Assembly: GCA_039801565.1 (NCBI GenBank)
Contig: JBDRUX010000001.1
Coordinates: forward strand, 62,577 to 126,576
Origin: a candidate division WOR-3 bacterium
GTDB taxonomy: Bacteria > Hydrothermota > Tepidihabitantia > Tepidihabitantales > JAOUPE01
Direction of reading: 5' to 3'
Length of the DNA: 64,000 nt
The notes below the pieces were generated by a model. The model saw nothing but the letters and a program-made list of their open reading frames with translations. It made no database searches and was not told the DNA's origin. Made by a program: the position numbers and the translations under genes. Each line of letters opens with the position of its first letter. The stretch's first letter is position 1. Below, in pieces: positions 61,884 to 64,000 of the stretch.

Positions 61884-63089
61884 ATGAAAACATTCTTCCT
61901 TCTCGCCCTGGTCGGGCTTTTAGCTTATGCCCAAGCACCACGGTTTATCGGACCAACCTATATCCTGGATAGCGGCGTTCCGATTGATGTTGGTTATTAT
62001 GGTTCCCCTTTCATCTATGACTGGGATGGCGATGGTAAAAAGGATTTGATTGTCGGACAATTTACTGGTGGTTATATCCGCTTCTATCGAAACATTGGTA
62101 CTGACCCTGAACCCCTGTTCAGTGGCTATGAGTTCCTTTATGCCTCCGGTTCCCAAATTACCCTGCCATCGGGCTGATGCGTTGGTTCAAGTCCACAGGT
62201 CGTGGACTGGAATTCCGACGGACTGAGAGATTTAGTCTCTGGCGACCGTAACGGTTATTTCAATGTCTTTATTGAAAGTGGTAGCGGTCTTATCGCTTAT
62301 TATCGAATGCTTTTGATGAATGGTGAAACGTTGGATGTTGGTAACAATTCTCAGCCAACCGTAGCGGATTGGAACCGGGATGGCAAAAAAGACCTTATCT
62401 TAGGTGAAGAAAATGGTTATGTTCGGCTTTATCTAAATCAGGCAACCGATACCTGGCCAATGTTTCAAGACTATACTTACATCCAATCCGCCGGCAGTCC
62501 TATCTACTTATACCGAGTAAATCCTTATGTGGTTGATTTAGACCAGGATGGTAAGCGGGATTTGGTTTGTGGTGCTAATGATGGCTATGTCCATTTCTTC
62601 CGCAATGTTGGTTCGGATACCAATCCTACTTTTGCCGGAGAAGAATACTTGCAGACGACCACTGGTACACTAATTCAACCATCGGGTAATTATCCTTATG
62701 GTTCGCGGTGTGGTTTTGGGGATTGGAATAATGATGGCGCACTCGATTTTCTAATCAGCGGTTACGATGGCTATGTTGAACTATATCTTGGCGAAGGCGT
62801 AGCAGTAGAAGAGAAATCAACGGTATCAGTAAAACCCAATGATTTTACAATCTTTCCTAATCCAGCTAATAGTTCGGTTAACTTTGGTTTTAATTTAAAC
62901 TATAATACCAATGGCAGTCTTCGCATCTATGATGTATCGGGTAAGGAAATTGTCTGCCTGAAATCAGGAAGATTGACTAAAGGTAGTCACACTTTACTAT
63001 GGCAACCCAAGGTCTCGGCTGGAGTTTATCTCTGTCAACTTAAGCTCGAAAATCAGACCTTAATGAGGAAGTTAGTGATAACTGAGTAA
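61884..63089 (+). CDS. Secreted FG-GAP repeat protein with T9SS CTD, probable selenoprotein (Sec at UGA 62175-62177), 401 aa
   Basis: The two ORFs are in frame and joined as ...LPSG-U-CVGSSPQVVDWNSDG; SECIS-like hairpin follows the UGA. Confidence 0.75.
62181..62219 (+). promoter_or_regulatory. Bacterial SECIS-like stem-loop
   Basis: AGUCCAC-AGGUC-GUGGACU, extended by UUC/GAA and GUUGG/CCGAC; loop 19 nt after the UGA. Confidence 0.65.
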
Positions 63090-63151
63090 AATTGCCGATT
63101 TTTTCCAATGGATTGACTTTCAATTATTAATAAATTATAATGGATTAGATT

Positions 63152-63233
63152 GCCGGGGTGGTGGAATTGGCAGACACATACGTTTGAGGGGCGTAGACCG
63201 AAAGGTGTGCGGGTTCAACTCCCGCCCCCGGCA
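63152..63233 (+). tRNA. tRNA-Leu(GAG)
   Basis: GCCGGGG...GGCAGAC, anticodon arm TACGT-TTGAGGG-GCGTA, long variable arm, GGTTCAACTCC. Confidence 0.92.
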
Positions 63234-63292
63234 TTTTTTAGTTATTAGCGATTAGTAAATAGTTGTTAGTCTAACAACCAAAAGCTAATTTA

Positions 63293-64000
63293 ATGCCCCG
63301 AGCAATTATTATTGTTCTCGACGGCGTTGGGGTTGGTGAATTGCCCGATGCCAGCCAATACAATGATAAAGGTTCTAATAGCTTAGCCAACCTTGCCCAA
63401 AAAATTGGCGGTCTTTTGCTCCCCAATCTTGAATCATTGGGCTTAGGAAATATTATTGAGATAAAAGGGATAAAAAGACAAGAAAAACCTAAGGGTTCAT
63501 TTGGCAAAATGGCAGAAAAATCACCAGGCAAAGATTCTACTTCCGGACATTGGGAAATCGCCGGCGTAATTTTGAATCAATGTTTCCCAATCTATCCCAA
63601 AGGGTTTCCAAAAGAATTAATTGAAAAGTTTGAAAAGGCAATTGGTCGAAAAGTCTTGGGCAATATCCCAGCCTCAGGAACCGAAATAATTGAAAGATTA
63701 GGCGAAGAGCATATGAAAACCGGTTATCCAATTGTTTATACCTCGGCTGACAGTGTCTTTCAAATTGCTGCTCACGAGGCTGTGATTCCTGTGCCAAAAT
63801 TGTATGAGATGTGTCAAATTGCCCGAACCTTATTACAAGGTGAACATTGTGTTGGTCGGGTGATTGCCCGACCGTTCATTGGTTCGCCGGGTAAATTTTG
63901 CCGTACCAAAAACCGCAAAGACTTTTCCGTAGAACCACCAATACCAACCCTATTAGATATTGCCAAGGAGAATGGCTATCCAGTAATTGTTATCGGTAAG
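63293..64000 (+). CDS. deoB: Phosphopentomutase (5' part, runs off the window)
   Basis: [60 protein letters not shown]. Confidence 0.95.
   Translation, partial: MPRAIIIVLDGVGVGELPDASQYNDKGSNSLANLAQKIGGLLLPNLESLGLGNIIEIKGIKRQEKPKGSFGKMAEKSPGKDSTSGHWEIAGVILNQCFPIYPKGFPKELIEKFEKAIGRKVLGNIPASGTEIIERLGEEHMKTGYPIVYTSADSVFQIAAHEAVIPVPKLYEMCQIARTLLQGEHCVGRVIARPFIGSPGKFCRTKNRKDFSVEPPIPTLLDIAKENGYPVIVIGK

Noticed and set aside
62175..62177. Genome-wide UGA reassignment (genetic code 4 or 25)
   Set aside because: Several clear genes end in TGA, including ones with coupled ATGA/TGATG overlaps
11..63797. Numerous short antisense or nested ORFs in the track (e.g. 11-364, 23406-23999, 33725-34144, 42492-42938, 63271-63797)
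   Set aside because: They are shadows of well-supported genes on the opposite strand or in another frame

Overview
AT-rich bacterial chromosome segment that probably contains the replication origin: dnaA, DnaA-box-like repeats, a perfect parS and divergent gene orientation. The many T9SS-CTD proteins, including a gingipain/C25 protease with Ig-like repeats and a KGxNTxEF propeller, suggest an FCB-group organism such as WOR-3 (inference). Left to right: a beta-propeller sensor histidine kinase; a candidate sigma54-dependent sRNA; a CstA + small partner + two ArsA/GET3 ATPase cluster with an IR-flanked GxxExxY insert; a secreted precursor with 5 identical cores (DGIPQPPKPVPP) directly downstream of a 1780-aa Ser/Thr kinase-STAND-TPR-GAF-sigma54 activator; tRNA-Lys; a Cys/Met lyase; a PNAG-like exopolysaccharide operon headed by a KaiC/RecA-GGDEF* protein; tspO; glgC operon; a CapA-T9SS protein; dnaA/oriC/parS with IS debris; large T9SS cargo genes (two frameshifted); an uncharacterised membrane-protein operon; an FG-GAP T9SS protein with an in-frame UGA and SECIS-like hairpin (probable selenoprotein); tRNA-Leu; and deoB. 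A dispersed 12-nt-period repeat family occurs five times. The best candidates for novelty are the kinase/TPR/sigma54 receptor + multicore peptide pair, the secreted Sec-Cys FG-GAP protein, the sigma54 sRNA and the repeat family. All family assignments come from motif recognition by eye, not database searches.
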